Shown: in pieces, positions 11,579 through 21,079 of the stretch
How the letters are laid out: the number at the start of each line of letters is the position of its first letter
Position numbering within the stretch: the first letter of the stretch is position 1
Sequence record: OR844650.1
Reading direction: 5' to 3' (one strand)
Length of the DNA: 64,000 nucleotides
Notes under the pieces: generated by a model
What the model was told of the DNA's origin: nothing
Databases searched by the model: none
What the model saw: only the letters and a program-made list of their open reading frames with translations
Position numbers and translations under genes: made by a program

Positions 11579-12691
11579 TTAGAACATTTGTTTGATTGCT
11601 TCGTAACGAAGTTCACAAACAAAATCACGAATTTCTGACGTTTCAAGTTCACCATCTTTGACCATTTGCTGAATATCAGGCAATTCAACATCAGTATAAC
11701 GATCATAAACTTTAATAATTAGATCTTCAAGTTCTAAATCAATTTCTTTTCGCAAAATGAAGTATTCCAAAACTTTATAAAGGAATTCTTCACCTCCGTT
11801 ATTTTTAATATTCATATCCAATAAAATATTACCCATTTCAATAGGGGTCTTTTTACGGAATGTTTTGATATCATCACGGAAACGTTTGATATAATTACTA
11901 AATTTAACATACTTAACTGGAACTTTAATAGCACCGTTAAGTACTGAATCATTATTTACTTCTTCATTTTCAAGAAGAATAGACCACAGAAAATATGGTT
12001 TATATACATCCGTACAGTTCTCTGCAATATAATCAATAAGGTCTAAATTCTTTTTGGTCAAAGATGTATTAAACACCTTTTCGTAATAACCAAATTTACT
12101 TAGCGTCTTAAGGAACTTTGCAGGCTTTTCTTCGGAAAATGCTTTTTCGAATTCCACAAACACACGGTCAGGAACAAGATGATTTAGCTCACCACTATTG
12201 ACCATTCCAATAGCGAGTTCCTCAGTGCTTTCATGGATAGTAAAGTCAGAATAACGAGTAGCAAATCGAGCAAGACGTAACACACGTAATGGATCTTCTT
12301 TAAAATGGTCAGACACATGACGTAGTACCTTGTTCTTGATATCAGCTTTACCACCGTATGGGTCAATGTGAATTTGTAGTACTGGATCATACGAAATTGC
12401 ATTTATTGTTAGGTCACGGCGATACAAATCTTGTTCGAGTGTTACGCCTTTTGTATCCACTTCAAAGCCACCATATCCAGTACCAGTTTTACGCTCAGTA
12501 CGGGCTAATGCGTGTTCATTACCTTCTGGACTTAGATATACTGGGAAATCCTTACCTACTTGCTTATAGCCAATACTTTGCAAGTACTTAAGATCAGATT
12601 CGGATGCACCAACAATGACATAATCTTTGTCTTTTGCACGAAGACCCATTAAACGGTCACGGACGTAACCACCAACCAAATACTTTTTCAT
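11579..12691 (-). CDS. cca: tRNA nucleotidyltransferase (CCA-adding enzyme)
   Basis: YLVGGYVRDRLMG..DKDYVIVG, VGKDFPV, EHALARTERK, DLYRRDLTINA, EDPLRVLRLARF. Confidence 0.95.
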   Translation of the reverse strand: MKKYLVGGYVRDRLMGLRAKDKDYVIVGASESDLKYLQSIGYKQVGKDFPVYLSPEGNEHALARTERKTGTGYGGFEVDTKGVTLEQDLYRRDLTINAISYDPVLQIHIDPYGGKADIKNKVLRHVSDHFKEDPLRVLRLARFATRYSDFTIHESTEELAIGMVNSGELNHLVPDRVFVEFEKAFSEEKPAKFLKTLSKFGYYEKVFNTSLTKKNLDLIDYIAENCTDVYKPYFLWSILLENEEVNNDSVLNGAIKVPVKYVKFSNYIKRFRDDIKTFRKKTPIEMGNILLDMNIKNNGGEEFLYKVLEYFILRKEIDLELEDLIIKVYDRYTDVELPDIQQMVKDGELETSEIRDFVCELRYEAIKQMF

Positions 12692-12692
12692 G

Positions 12693-12815
12693 TTATTCCC
12701 CCATCAACCAATCACGTAGACGTTCCCAGAAGCCTTTTGGTTGGTATTCTGGGTATTCATATTCATCAGTGCCTTGCTCGGAAACACCCCAATCTTCTTC
12801 TAACATAGCAATCAT
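12693..12815 (-). CDS. Small acidic protein (40 aa, not in ORF track)
   Basis: GGAGG SD then MIAMLEEDWGVSEQGTDEYEYPEYQPKGFWERLRDWLMGE; fills the gap between genes. Confidence 0.65.
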   Translation of the reverse strand: MIAMLEEDWGVSEQGTDEYEYPEYQPKGFWERLRDWLMGE

Positions 12816-12826
12816 AATGCCTCCAA

Positions 12827-13249
12827 TTAAATTAATCTGTCACGTAGACGGTCGTAATATTTTTCGTGTATAGCTAGTATACACTGATATGCAGAATAGT
12901 CAATGCCAAATGTATCATCAATGAACATGTACTGATCAAGTGCTTCTGGCCCATTATCATCAACTGGTAATGTCCCTTCTTTTTTTGACAGGGTGTGCCA
13001 CATCAACTCACTTTCAATATGGTGAGTTGCGTATGTCAATTCAATCTTACTTTTTCTTAGTAAAATTAACAATTCATCATTGTCGTCGAGTGCATTACGA
13101 AATTTAATACGAACAGTACCCTGAAAATTATTAGTGTACATAACACGATGTTGATTATATGTAACTAAACCACGTCTTTCAGTACTGATTTCGTGTTCAG
13201 CAAAGTACTTTAACGTTTCATTAAATTTTGGAATTTTAGTAACGTCCAA
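12827..13249 (-). CDS. Hypothetical protein, paralog family A
   Basis: C-terminal GTLP..QYMFIDDTFGID shared with the next ORF. Confidence 0.7.
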   Translation of the reverse strand: MDVTKIPKFNETLKYFAEHEISTERRGLVTYNQHRVMYTNNFQGTVRIKFRNALDDNDELLILLRKSKIELTYATHHIESELMWHTLSKKEGTLPVDDNGPEALDQYMFIDDTFGIDYSAYQCILAIHEKYYDRLRDRLI

Positions 13250-13652
13250 TCACATAATCCTCATAAAGTTTGTATACCCTCATTATACTCTGATATGTAT
13301 CAAAGTCAATGCCAAAGGTATCATCAATGAACTGATATTGCAAAAACTCTTCCTCTGTAGCAGCAATAGGAAGAGTCCCGTTTCGTTGTTCTGTTGATTG
13401 AACATCCTCAATATACATCAACACTATACTTTCATCCAGATTTATATCTATCATAAAAACATCTTCACTATAAAATATGTTATATGTACGGATGAAGAGA
13501 TTTCCTGTTCTATCATAACTTGACACGTGTGTTTCATAATACATTTTATCTAAACTAAAGAACAAACCTGTACTATCTGGCTTTTTAGTATTTTTTAATT
13601 TAATTTCGATAGCATCAATCATAGGTTTAATATCAAACTTTTTCATAGACAA
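13236..13652 (-). CDS. Hypothetical protein, paralog family A
   Basis: GTLP..EEEFLQYQFIDDTFGID. Confidence 0.7.
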   Translation of the reverse strand: MSMKKFDIKPMIDAIEIKLKNTKKPDSTGLFFSLDKMYYETHVSSYDRTGNLFIRTYNIFYSEDVFMIDINLDESIVLMYIEDVQSTEQRNGTLPIAATEEEFLQYQFIDDTFGIDFDTYQSIMRVYKLYEDYVIGRY

Positions 13653-13828
13653 ATCACATACTTATTACTATGTGGATCGTAACAATATGAATCATTTACC
13701 TTAATACCAGGCTTAAGTTCAATAGTTGTTCCTGTTTCTGTACTGGGTTCTGCATCACAATAAATCATCACACCAACCCCGACTAGTAAGGATATGATAC
13801 ATATAACTATACATATTGTATATTCCAT
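13643..13828 (-). CDS. Small membrane protein
   Basis: 61 aa with an N-terminal hydrophobic helix. Confidence 0.6.
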   Translation of the reverse strand: MEYTICIVICIISLLVGVGVMIYCDAEPSTETGTTIELKPGIKVNDSYCYDPHSNKYVICL

Positions 13829-13841
13829 AAATTTATCTCCA

Positions 13842-14237
13842 TTATAAAAAGTAATTATACAGTTTATTGTACAATATAAAAAGGTCTTTCACATTATCAT
13901 AAGTAATATCAGATACATCATGAATTAATGATAACTGAAAAAATGAAGCTTCGTCTATTTCTGCTGGAATTATAACATCACCATCTTCTTCGTCCATTTT
14001 ATTGGTGTAGTATTTTATGTGATCTACATTCAACTCAATAGAGAACGCAATGTTGGTTTTTGTATAATCTTCAATTAATCCAATATATTGAGATTTTTCA
14101 TTAATAAAAAATCCAATCCCAACACAACGGTTATCTGGATATGGATAGTACCATCTATTAATAACTAGGTGTTCAGGTAAGTCCATATCATGTGTTGATA
14201 TTAGAGATTTTACAATTTCCATCCAGGAATAATTCAT
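13842..14237 (-). CDS. Hypothetical protein, paralog family A
   Basis: DEASFFQLSLIHDVSDITYD C-terminal motif. Confidence 0.65.
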   Translation of the reverse strand: MNYSWMEIVKSLISTHDMDLPEHLVINRWYYPYPDNRCVGIGFFINEKSQYIGLIEDYTKTNIAFSIELNVDHIKYYTNKMDEEDGDVIIPAEIDEASFFQLSLIHDVSDITYDNVKDLFILYNKLYNYFL

Positions 14238-14290
14238 AATTAAAACTCCATAAGAAAAGGGACAGAATTAATCTGTCCCTTTAGTATATA

Positions 14291-14623
14291 TTACTCTTCG
14301 TTTTCTGTCAAATCATCAAGAACTGGGTGTTCTGGATGGTTTCGGCGGTGTAATTTAATGCTTTTGTCTTTACTGAATACAGTTTCCATCTTATCAAAAG
14401 ATTCAACAATTGCTTTATACAAATCAGCATCATCAGCAGTTACTGATTTACTACCAGCAGTTAAAGTTACAGCATATTGAGTTTTATGCTCTTTCTTAAC
14501 ATGAACACCAATGTCTAGTACTGAAGAAGTACGGTACTTATCCAGACTTTTTGCTTCATTGTAAATAGCATCTTGGATTGCTGGAGTGATATCAACGTTG
14601 CCTTGAATATTTAGATTTAGCAT
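14291..14623 (-). CDS. Ribosome hibernation promoting factor / RaiA (S30AE)-like protein
   Basis: LNIQGNVDITPAIQDAI..LDKY and DADLYKAIVESFDKME align by eye with E. coli HPF (ITEALREF..LEQY; QDMYAAIDGLIDKLA). Confidence 0.8.
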   Translation of the reverse strand: MLNLNIQGNVDITPAIQDAIYNEAKSLDKYRTSSVLDIGVHVKKEHKTQYAVTLTAGSKSVTADDADLYKAIVESFDKMETVFSKDKSIKLHRRNHPEHPVLDDLTENEE

Positions 14624-14639
14624 ACTTCACCTTCCTTTT

Positions 14640-15599
14640 TTAGAGTGAACTTAACAACAAATCTGCTCGGTTTGTAACTTGACGATACCATAAGGAATTC
14701 ATAATTTCTTTTTTAAATTTCTTAGGGTTATCATTTTTCACACTTTTCCAAAGTTTATTAAACGTTGCTAATTTATCAACACCCATTGTATAGGACATTT
14801 CATAAAGAATACGTTGTTGTTCTTTGGTCAGATTTACTGCTTCTTTTTTCTGCATCAATAATAAAAAGTCATTATATGTTCTTTTCATATCTTGCATTAA
14901 AAGTTTATTGGCTTGAGCTTTGGTAATACCGTTTCTGTACTTAATCGCATCAGATTCTTTTCTACCCAAATAATGCCCATAACCTATTGTATAATTACCT
15001 TTCATGTCCTTGTAGGGATGAAATTTAGAATTGTGGAAAGGAACTCCGACTTTCCCACCAAGTAAACGGCGTTTGTTCTTGGACTGAAATTCAATTGAAC
15101 CTTCAGCTTCTTTGATGTGATTGACAATTTCTGGATCATTATAATCAAACAGTACAGTCACATCTGGTAACAATACGTTCTTCAAATCCTCTTTTGTTGG
15201 GATAAAGATACCCTGAGAAGTATGAAGAGTAGCATTTAAATTGATATTTTTCAACAAAATAACATACTCTTCAAGTTGTACATTTTTAGGTTTAAACTTT
15301 TTAGCAATAGAATAATAACTATCACCAGGTTGAACCGTATAATGCTTCTCGCCGCGTGGAACATCCTTTGATATTTCTACCTTTGGTAATTCCTGCTTTT
15401 GAATTTGCGTAACTTGTGGTTTTAAATTGTGTACCTGACTTTCGTCCGATGATGATACACGATCATTTTGAGAAAAACCATAAAATCCAATCGCAGCGAC
15501 AAGTACTGTGCAAACTAGAACACCATAAGTAGTCTTAGTTTTCAGTGCTTTTTTCGCTTGTTTCAAAACGCCTCCTTTGTTGATTGTTAAGATGGGCAA
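14640..15599 (-). CDS. Membrane-anchored LysM + T4-type lysozyme (GH24) muramidase
   Basis: N-terminal TM helix; LysM HYTVQPGDSYYSIAKKF; lysozyme EAEG..YKDMKGNYTIGYGH..SLWYRQVTNRA. Confidence 0.85.
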   Translation of the reverse strand: MPILTINKGGVLKQAKKALKTKTTYGVLVCTVLVAAIGFYGFSQNDRVSSSDESQVHNLKPQVTQIQKQELPKVEISKDVPRGEKHYTVQPGDSYYSIAKKFKPKNVQLEEYVILLKNINLNATLHTSQGIFIPTKEDLKNVLLPDVTVLFDYNDPEIVNHIKEAEGSIEFQSKNKRRLLGGKVGVPFHNSKFHPYKDMKGNYTIGYGHYLGRKESDAIKYRNGITKAQANKLLMQDMKRTYNDFLLLMQKKEAVNLTKEQQRILYEMSYTMGVDKLATFNKLWKSVKNDNPKKFKKEIMNSLWYRQVTNRADLLLSSL

Positions 15600-15734
15600 T
15601 CACAAAGATGGCAAAGAGGCCATTTGTAAAAGCCTCATCGGACTTTCTACAGTACAAAAACGTTCTTTTCAAATGTTTAAGTAGTATAGCATATTTTTAT
15701 TTTATTACAAGACATATTTACTGTAAAAACCACA

Positions 15735-16145
15735 TTAATCGTAGTAAGTTCTACCTACAGTGATGTGATATTTAAAGTACTTGGTTGGTAGTCCTAGTTC
15801 ATTTCTAATATGTGTGATGAAATCATCTTCAAATTCAATGATAAAGAATGAACCTGGATTCTTTTTATCTTTTACTATCTCAATACAAGGATTGAACTTT
15901 ATCTTTACTTTCATTCCATCGTACTTTTTCCAGTACTCTGGATTTGGTGGCACTTCACCACGAACGATACTGACATGTGCTCCCCATTGTGGGTCTTTAA
16001 TATCAATATGTAAGTCAGTTCTGATGAAGTACTGGTAGTATCGAACCAACTGTAATGGAAGTTGTAGTACTAACCAGAAGTCCTTCTTCTTTTTCATAGT
16101 GCCACGTTCTGGATCATACACCAGAGTTCCTTCCATTTCAATCAT
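15735..16145 (-). CDS. 2H phosphoesterase family protein
   Basis: Two Hx(S/T) motifs, HVS and HIT, 70 residues apart in a 136-aa protein. Confidence 0.7.
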   Translation of the reverse strand: MIEMEGTLVYDPERGTMKKKKDFWLVLQLPLQLVRYYQYFIRTDLHIDIKDPQWGAHVSIVRGEVPPNPEYWKKYDGMKVKIKFNPCIEIVKDKKNPGSFFIIEFEDDFITHIRNELGLPTKYFKYHITVGRTYYD

Positions 16146-16152
16146 ACGTTAC

Positions 16153-16371
16153 CTATAAAATTACATATATGTTTTTATTTTCAATACGAACATATGTTTC
16201 CAAAACATCTTTCGGAATTTTATTACTTGTTTTGAACCATGTAGTATTCTCTACTAAAACAAAAGTTTCACCTTCAGTTTCACCAAATGTACTTAGTGCA
16301 TAAATGAAGTAATTGGGTGATGCACTACAATATATATCAGCATTAATTTCAATCATACTTTTACACCACAA
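16153..16371 (-). CDS. Hypothetical protein
   Basis: 72-aa tiling ORF. Confidence 0.55.
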   Translation of the reverse strand: MWCKSMIEINADIYCSASPNYFIYALSTFGETEGETFVLVENTTWFKTSNKIPKDVLETYVRIENKNIYVIL

Positions 16372-16503
16372 TAAAACTTAATACAACAAGTGTAATAAAC
16401 ACACCCACAATAGCAGTCATTTCTGGGTTTGCATCATATGTATAGCGTATACATTTTAGAAAATCTTTACCAAATTTCTTTAGTCCATTCATATATTTTC
16501 CTT

Positions 16504-16860
16504 TTATTTCTTGTGTAAAGGTTCATCACTTTCATAATAAATTGTATCATTATTTCGCTCTATAGTAAAGCTCTTTTGACACAACTCTTCAGCTAAACCC
16601 TTTGCATAGTTTAATACATCTCGGTTGAGATATACTTCTTCTTTTGGAAAGCGTGGGTACTGAATAATACGAGCACACATCCCACTTTCAAGACCGCCAG
16701 TGTAGATATATTCACAGGGAATTAATTGTACACAAAAGCCATGCTTAAACGCAAATTTTCTTGTGTACTCTCTTGCTGTTTGAATATCACCAGCAATATG
16801 GATATTCCAGTACTGTGTCTCCACTGTACCTTTATCGATGTATTTCATACTCATCTCCAA
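16504..16860 (-). CDS. Hypothetical phage protein
   Basis: 118 aa with GFCVQL..YIYTGGLESG..QYPRFP. Confidence 0.65.
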   Translation of the reverse strand: MEMSMKYIDKGTVETQYWNIHIAGDIQTAREYTRKFAFKHGFCVQLIPCEYIYTGGLESGMCARIIQYPRFPKEEVYLNRDVLNYAKGLAEELCQKSFTIERNNDTIYYESDEPLHKK

Positions 16861-16877
16861 TTATAGCACTAAAAATC

Positions 16878-17267
16878 TCACTTTCCCAACTCTTCTATGA
16901 TTCTTTTTATTGAATCATGGTTTTCCAGACATAAAGTACTGTAATTTCTGCCAGTTTTTTCATTGATGTCGTCGATTTCAATCATAAGATATCCATATGT
17001 AATATCTTGAACCCTACTTCGTTTTACCCTTGAGTACAGCTTGATTGGTACTGATACACGAGTATTCAAAAACAATTCAGATAAATCATAACGATACACC
17101 TGGTATTCATTCTTGGAACGCTTACGACTGTACGATGCTAAACACTGCGGATAACGTCTATCAAAAATACTGGTCCTTAGCTGAAGATTCATCGGATCTA
17201 ACTTATGTGAGTAATATTTTTTAATTATTTTGTCAAAACGCTTAATGTGACGTTTCTTCCATCTCAT
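16878..17267 (-). CDS. Hypothetical basic protein
   Basis: 129 aa; ATGA overlap with the upstream gene. Confidence 0.6.
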   Translation of the reverse strand: MRWKKRHIKRFDKIIKKYYSHKLDPMNLQLRTSIFDRRYPQCLASYSRKRSKNEYQVYRYDLSELFLNTRVSVPIKLYSRVKRSRVQDITYGYLMIEIDDINEKTGRNYSTLCLENHDSIKRIIEELGK

Positions 17268-17761
17268 GTTCTAACTCCTTTCAATAATACAATAGGAAAA
17301 TACTGTGTATCTGTATCAGAAATACTATTACAGTACTCAATTATTTCTTGATGGAGTGTGTTTATATAAATGCTAGGATATGGAATTGGTGTTTGTATTA
17401 GTCCAGAACTATAAACACAATCAGTTCTTTGACAATCAATATAGTGTGTTGTTGGTATACCTTTACCACGTTCCTCAACTACAATTGAGTACGAGTCAGC
17501 AATAAAAATGAACGCATTGTTAATTGATACATATTGTAGGGAATACACATCATCATGAACTTCAATCAAAGGACCATCAAAATACATCAATACCGAACGG
17601 CGATAACCTAACACATCACTCATTGCATCGAACTGTTCTTGTGATGAAAGATAACAAAAACACGTATCACGACATACGTCAATAAAACGCTTAAATGTTG
17701 CTGTTTCTATAAGCATATAATTTTCCTTAAAAAAGACCCCACATAGTGAGGTCAAATACAT
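17264..17761 (-). CDS. Hypothetical protein
   Basis: 165-aa tiling ORF. Confidence 0.6.
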   Translation of the reverse strand: MYLTSLCGVFFKENYMLIETATFKRFIDVCRDTCFCYLSSQEQFDAMSDVLGYRRSVLMYFDGPLIEVHDDVYSLQYVSINNAFIFIADSYSIVVEERGKGIPTTHYIDCQRTDCVYSSGLIQTPIPYPSIYINTLHQEIIEYCNSISDTDTQYFPIVLLKGVRT

Positions 17762-17986
17762 TTAATCGTTATCATCATCCAATGCGTCACGGTAAACATA
17801 ATAAACATGTGCACCTAGCAGAGCAATAAGTACAATAAAGATTAACCAGAATGGTACAAAATACAGTACTAGTGAAAACGCCAGTACTGTAATAACCATT
17901 ACAACTGAACTGAAAATAAGACTTGCTGCTTTTTCAAATCCAGATAGTAATTTTTTAAAGATTTTTTTCATAAATGAATCAACCAT
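17762..17986 (-). CDS. Small two-TM membrane protein
   Basis: Basic N-terminus, about 45 hydrophobic residues, acidic tail. Confidence 0.6.
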   Translation of the reverse strand: MVDSFMKKIFKKLLSGFEKAASLIFSSVVMVITVLAFSLVLYFVPFWLIFIVLIALLGAHVYYVYRDALDDDND

Positions 17987-18329
17987 TTTTAATCCTCAAG
18001 AAAGTATGCTTACATTTTAGTTTATTACCATAAAATGAAATAGGAACATTAAACATTTCAATCTTATCTTCTTTCAACAAACGTAGAATATCAGGATCGT
18101 TTTTTGTTTGAATACAATGAAGACCATTAACCTGAATTTCTAAACCTTTCTTTAGATATTCATAAATTTTTTGACGACGCATCCCACCATAACTATCATT
18201 ATGTACCACATCACATAATTCTTTATATTCTTGCTTCAATGCTCGGTCTACAAGTGTTCCATCTTTCTTCTTGATCTCTGCAATACATTTATATTGATTT
18301 GAACCTCTAAGAGCCATGTTGTACCTCAT
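17979..18329 (-). CDS. Hypothetical protein
   Basis: 116-aa tiling ORF. Confidence 0.6.
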   Translation of the reverse strand: MRYNMALRGSNQYKCIAEIKKKDGTLVDRALKQEYKELCDVVHNDSYGGMRRQKIYEYLKKGLEIQVNGLHCIQTKNDPDILRLLKEDKIEMFNVPISFYGNKLKCKHTFLRIKNG

Positions 18330-18786
18330 TAGGGTATTTTTTCATCAATTCGTGTAAACGCTGAATCTCTTGTTCTTTTTTTCTATCACTCTCGTATTTT
18401 CGAGAAAGTTTCTTTTTTGTATTTGCTTCTTCTAATCTAATATCAGTACAGAATTTGTCATTTTTAAAAAAATTGATACGCAATGCATCGAAAACAGACT
18501 TGAAATCGTTTCCTAATTCTTTAGACGTGTCAGTGTAATTATGAAAATACATGTTATTTGTCATATTTACATGTTCAATTACTGCACCATTATGAGTTAC
18601 GATAAACATTATATCTCCATACTGTTCACGTGGTTCTGTACGATATAGATATATATGTTGACGTAAATAATCTTTTAATTCATGTTCAATGCCACTTTGT
18701 TCATAACTTTGATATACTAAAACCTCACCATCAGTTGAACTGTTGTCAGATTCATATGGTTCGCGGATAATTATAAGATTATACAT
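18307..18786 (-). CDS. Hypothetical protein
   Basis: 159 aa with GGAG SD. Confidence 0.65.
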   Translation of the reverse strand: MYNLIIIREPYESDNSSTDGEVLVYQSYEQSGIEHELKDYLRQHIYLYRTEPREQYGDIMFIVTHNGAVIEHVNMTNNMYFHNYTDTSKELGNDFKSVFDALRINFFKNDKFCTDIRLEEANTKKKLSRKYESDRKKEQEIQRLHELMKKYPNEVQHGS

Positions 18787-18794
18787 ATTACTCC

Positions 18795-19076
18795 TTATAC
18801 CGGAGATACGGTACTCAACATTAGTAAAGCTGTATTTTCATCAATTTCATGATAGTTGTCGCATACAAGTGTTTCCAACAAATCAGGATGATAATAATAA
18901 TGTTCATAATCAGTATCATTAGGAATATGATGATATACAAATACAATATCAAAAACATCATCATCATTTTCACACTTGAAACGCTTTAATTCATCGACAC
19001 TTTCAACAAAGCCATATTCTTCAAAAGCAGTTGTACCATCTGGTAGTTTCATCCATGCACTTGCAACAATTTTCAT
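18795..19076 (-). CDS. Hypothetical protein
   Basis: 93 aa with AGGA SD. Confidence 0.65.
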   Translation of the reverse strand: MKIVASAWMKLPDGTTAFEEYGFVESVDELKRFKCENDDDVFDIVFVYHHIPNDTDYEHYYYHPDLLETLVCDNYHEIDENTALLMLSTVSPV

Positions 19077-19093
19077 AAATTTGTGAATCCTTA

Positions 19094-19678
19094 TTATTTT
19101 GTAATGTTTAGTTTAGAAACGAAGTATTCTTTGGCTTCTTCATATGTCATTGAAGTATACATAGGATTCCATTTATCGTCAATATCGATAAGTACTTTAA
19201 CTTCCATTACATCTTCTGGTGTATAGAATTGCCATGTATTGTGATCTGGCTCATAGTTAGGGTCCAGTACAAAAACCGTACCATCCTGACCATAAACTTC
19301 TCCATCCTCTAATAGCTCACGGAAGAAATCTTCTCCAGTAGTTGGGTCTTCGTATGCATTATAAAAACGAAAAACAACATTCTCAACATCTGTTCGGGTA
19401 GTACCATCGTCTTCATCATATTCCACCAAACGGTCCTGATGAAATACTAGGTCAATTGCACCAATGCGAGGTTTATTATGTGGAGTTTTGATTTCTTGCT
19501 GGGAATTGTAATCAATACGTTCAGTACTGATGAATACTCCACTAGGGGTAATTTCAATACCAGACACATTTTCTGGTGAATAGTAAGCGTCACACATGTC
19601 ATCAATGTGCATGTGCTCATGATACACTTCCATTTCAGGATTCTGCAACAACAGTGCTGCTAAGTCTTTTGCTTTCAA
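19094..19678 (-). CDS. Hypothetical protein, paralog family B
   Basis: MKAKDLAALLL..TPSGVF..YTPEDV..MTYEEA. Confidence 0.7.
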   Translation of the reverse strand: MKAKDLAALLLQNPEMEVYHEHMHIDDMCDAYYSPENVSGIEITPSGVFISTERIDYNSQQEIKTPHNKPRIGAIDLVFHQDRLVEYDEDDGTTRTDVENVVFRFYNAYEDPTTGEDFFRELLEDGEVYGQDGTVFVLDPNYEPDHNTWQFYTPEDVMEVKVLIDIDDKWNPMYTSMTYEEAKEYFVSKLNITK

Positions 19679-20067
19679 TCTACAATCTCCATAGAATTAT
19701 CATCATCATAATCATCACTGGTGTACTTAGTTTTTACCTCAATACCATTCTCATGTAGGTATGTGATAAAACCATTACCATAAACGAATTGATTATAATA
19801 TGTATTTTCTTCTACATGTGCATCATAATCATCTTCATAATATGTGGGTATTGTAACATCATGACCTACACTTTGCAAGTACTGGAACAATTCTTTCAGT
19901 ACTACTTCGATATCACCTTCTTCTGTGCCATAACAATATGCAGGTTCACCGTGAGTGAATTTGAATCCTTTACAGGAAACTGTATAAATGTCACTCATGT
20001 TCATACCACAATCATCACATTCATGTATAGAACAATGCTGGTGGAATTTAATCTTTTTGATTTGCAT
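19675..20067 (-). CDS. Hypothetical acidic Cys-containing protein
   Basis: 130 aa with HECDDCG. Confidence 0.65.
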   Translation of the reverse strand: MQIKKIKFHQHCSIHECDDCGMNMSDIYTVSCKGFKFTHGEPAYCYGTEEGDIEVVLKELFQYLQSVGHDVTIPTYYEDDYDAHVEENTYYNQFVYGNGFITYLHENGIEVKTKYTSDDYDDDNSMEIVD

Positions 20068-20407
20068 TTAGAAAATCCTGTAAAGATGTAGTAGACATTG
20101 GACTATCAGCACCATCATACCACAGTGATGTATATGGCTGAACTGAACTAATATCAATACACAACCCTTCACGCTCACATTTTTGAGCGAATTCTTCAGT
20201 AGTTAGTTTGTTACCAAAAGAAATCTCAAATTCATAACTAGACATATCAATATCAGTACTGTAAATCAATGCACCATCATATGTAATATGGAGTTTAGAA
20301 TCTGCGTCAAAAAGACGATCTGAAATAGCTTCATAATCATCTTCAGGAACTGCTTCAATAAGACGTGCCATTAGTCCAGATGTTACGCGGTAATCACTCA
20401 TGTTCAA
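20048..20407 (-). CDS. Hypothetical protein
   Basis: 119 aa with GAGG SD; ends SLWYDGADSP. Confidence 0.65.
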   Translation of the reverse strand: MNMSDYRVTSGLMARLIEAVPEDDYEAISDRLFDADSKLHITYDGALIYSTDIDMSSYEFEISFGNKLTTEEFAQKCEREGLCIDISSVQPYTSLWYDGADSPMSTTSLQDFLNANQKD

Positions 20408-20413
20408 CCTCTT

Positions 20414-21031
20414 TTATTTTTTAATTTTATCAATCATAGAAGGTGATACTTTTACATTGAATTCAGAATCAGGAAAATCTTTAGAAAATGAATCAATTTG
20501 TTCTTGTGAAAGTTCTTCTTTTTGTGGAAATAACATTTTAACTAAATTTTTACCACATTCAATTGCTTCATCATACGACATAGTTTCCCATGTTCCATGC
20601 CAAGTACTAGGTTCATATTCTGTCAGTACAGAAATGAAATCAATATCATCGGGTGTATACCAAACAGCATTTTGATTCCCTGATGGTGCTGATTGATTTT
20701 TACCTAATAAAACAATTGGCTTTTCATAAGGAATGTTAAATATCAACCCAGATTCTAAGTTAAGAACAGTTTGAATAGATGAACCCTCCAATTTTGGAGT
20801 AATAGTACCATCCTTAAAGAAAATTTGTACATGACCCAAGAGCGGGGTTTCGTATGGTGTAAGTACATTTTCAGAAACTGATGTGGGTTTTACCGTTGTG
20901 AAAATGCCAGATGGGGTGACCATTAATTTATTATCAAAATTCTGATAATGCAAGTCACTCTCTGCATCATAATGATAAATTTCTAGATTTGGTTGAGATA
21001 GTAGTAATTTTGCTAAATCATGAGATTTCAT
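20414..21031 (-). CDS. Hypothetical protein, paralog family B
   Basis: MKSHDLAKLLL..TPSGIF..YTPDDI..MSYDEA. Start moved to ATG 21031, which has a GGAG SD. Confidence 0.7.
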   Translation of the reverse strand: MKSHDLAKLLLSQPNLEIYHYDAESDLHYQNFDNKLMVTPSGIFTTVKPTSVSENVLTPYETPLLGHVQIFFKDGTITPKLEGSSIQTVLNLESGLIFNIPYEKPIVLLGKNQSAPSGNQNAVWYTPDDIDFISVLTEYEPSTWHGTWETMSYDEAIECGKNLVKMLFPQKEELSQEQIDSFSKDFPDSEFNVKVSPSMIDKIKK

Positions 21032-21079
21032 TTTATTTCTCCAAAAGAAAAGGAGAGTCACAATGACTCTCCATATATT

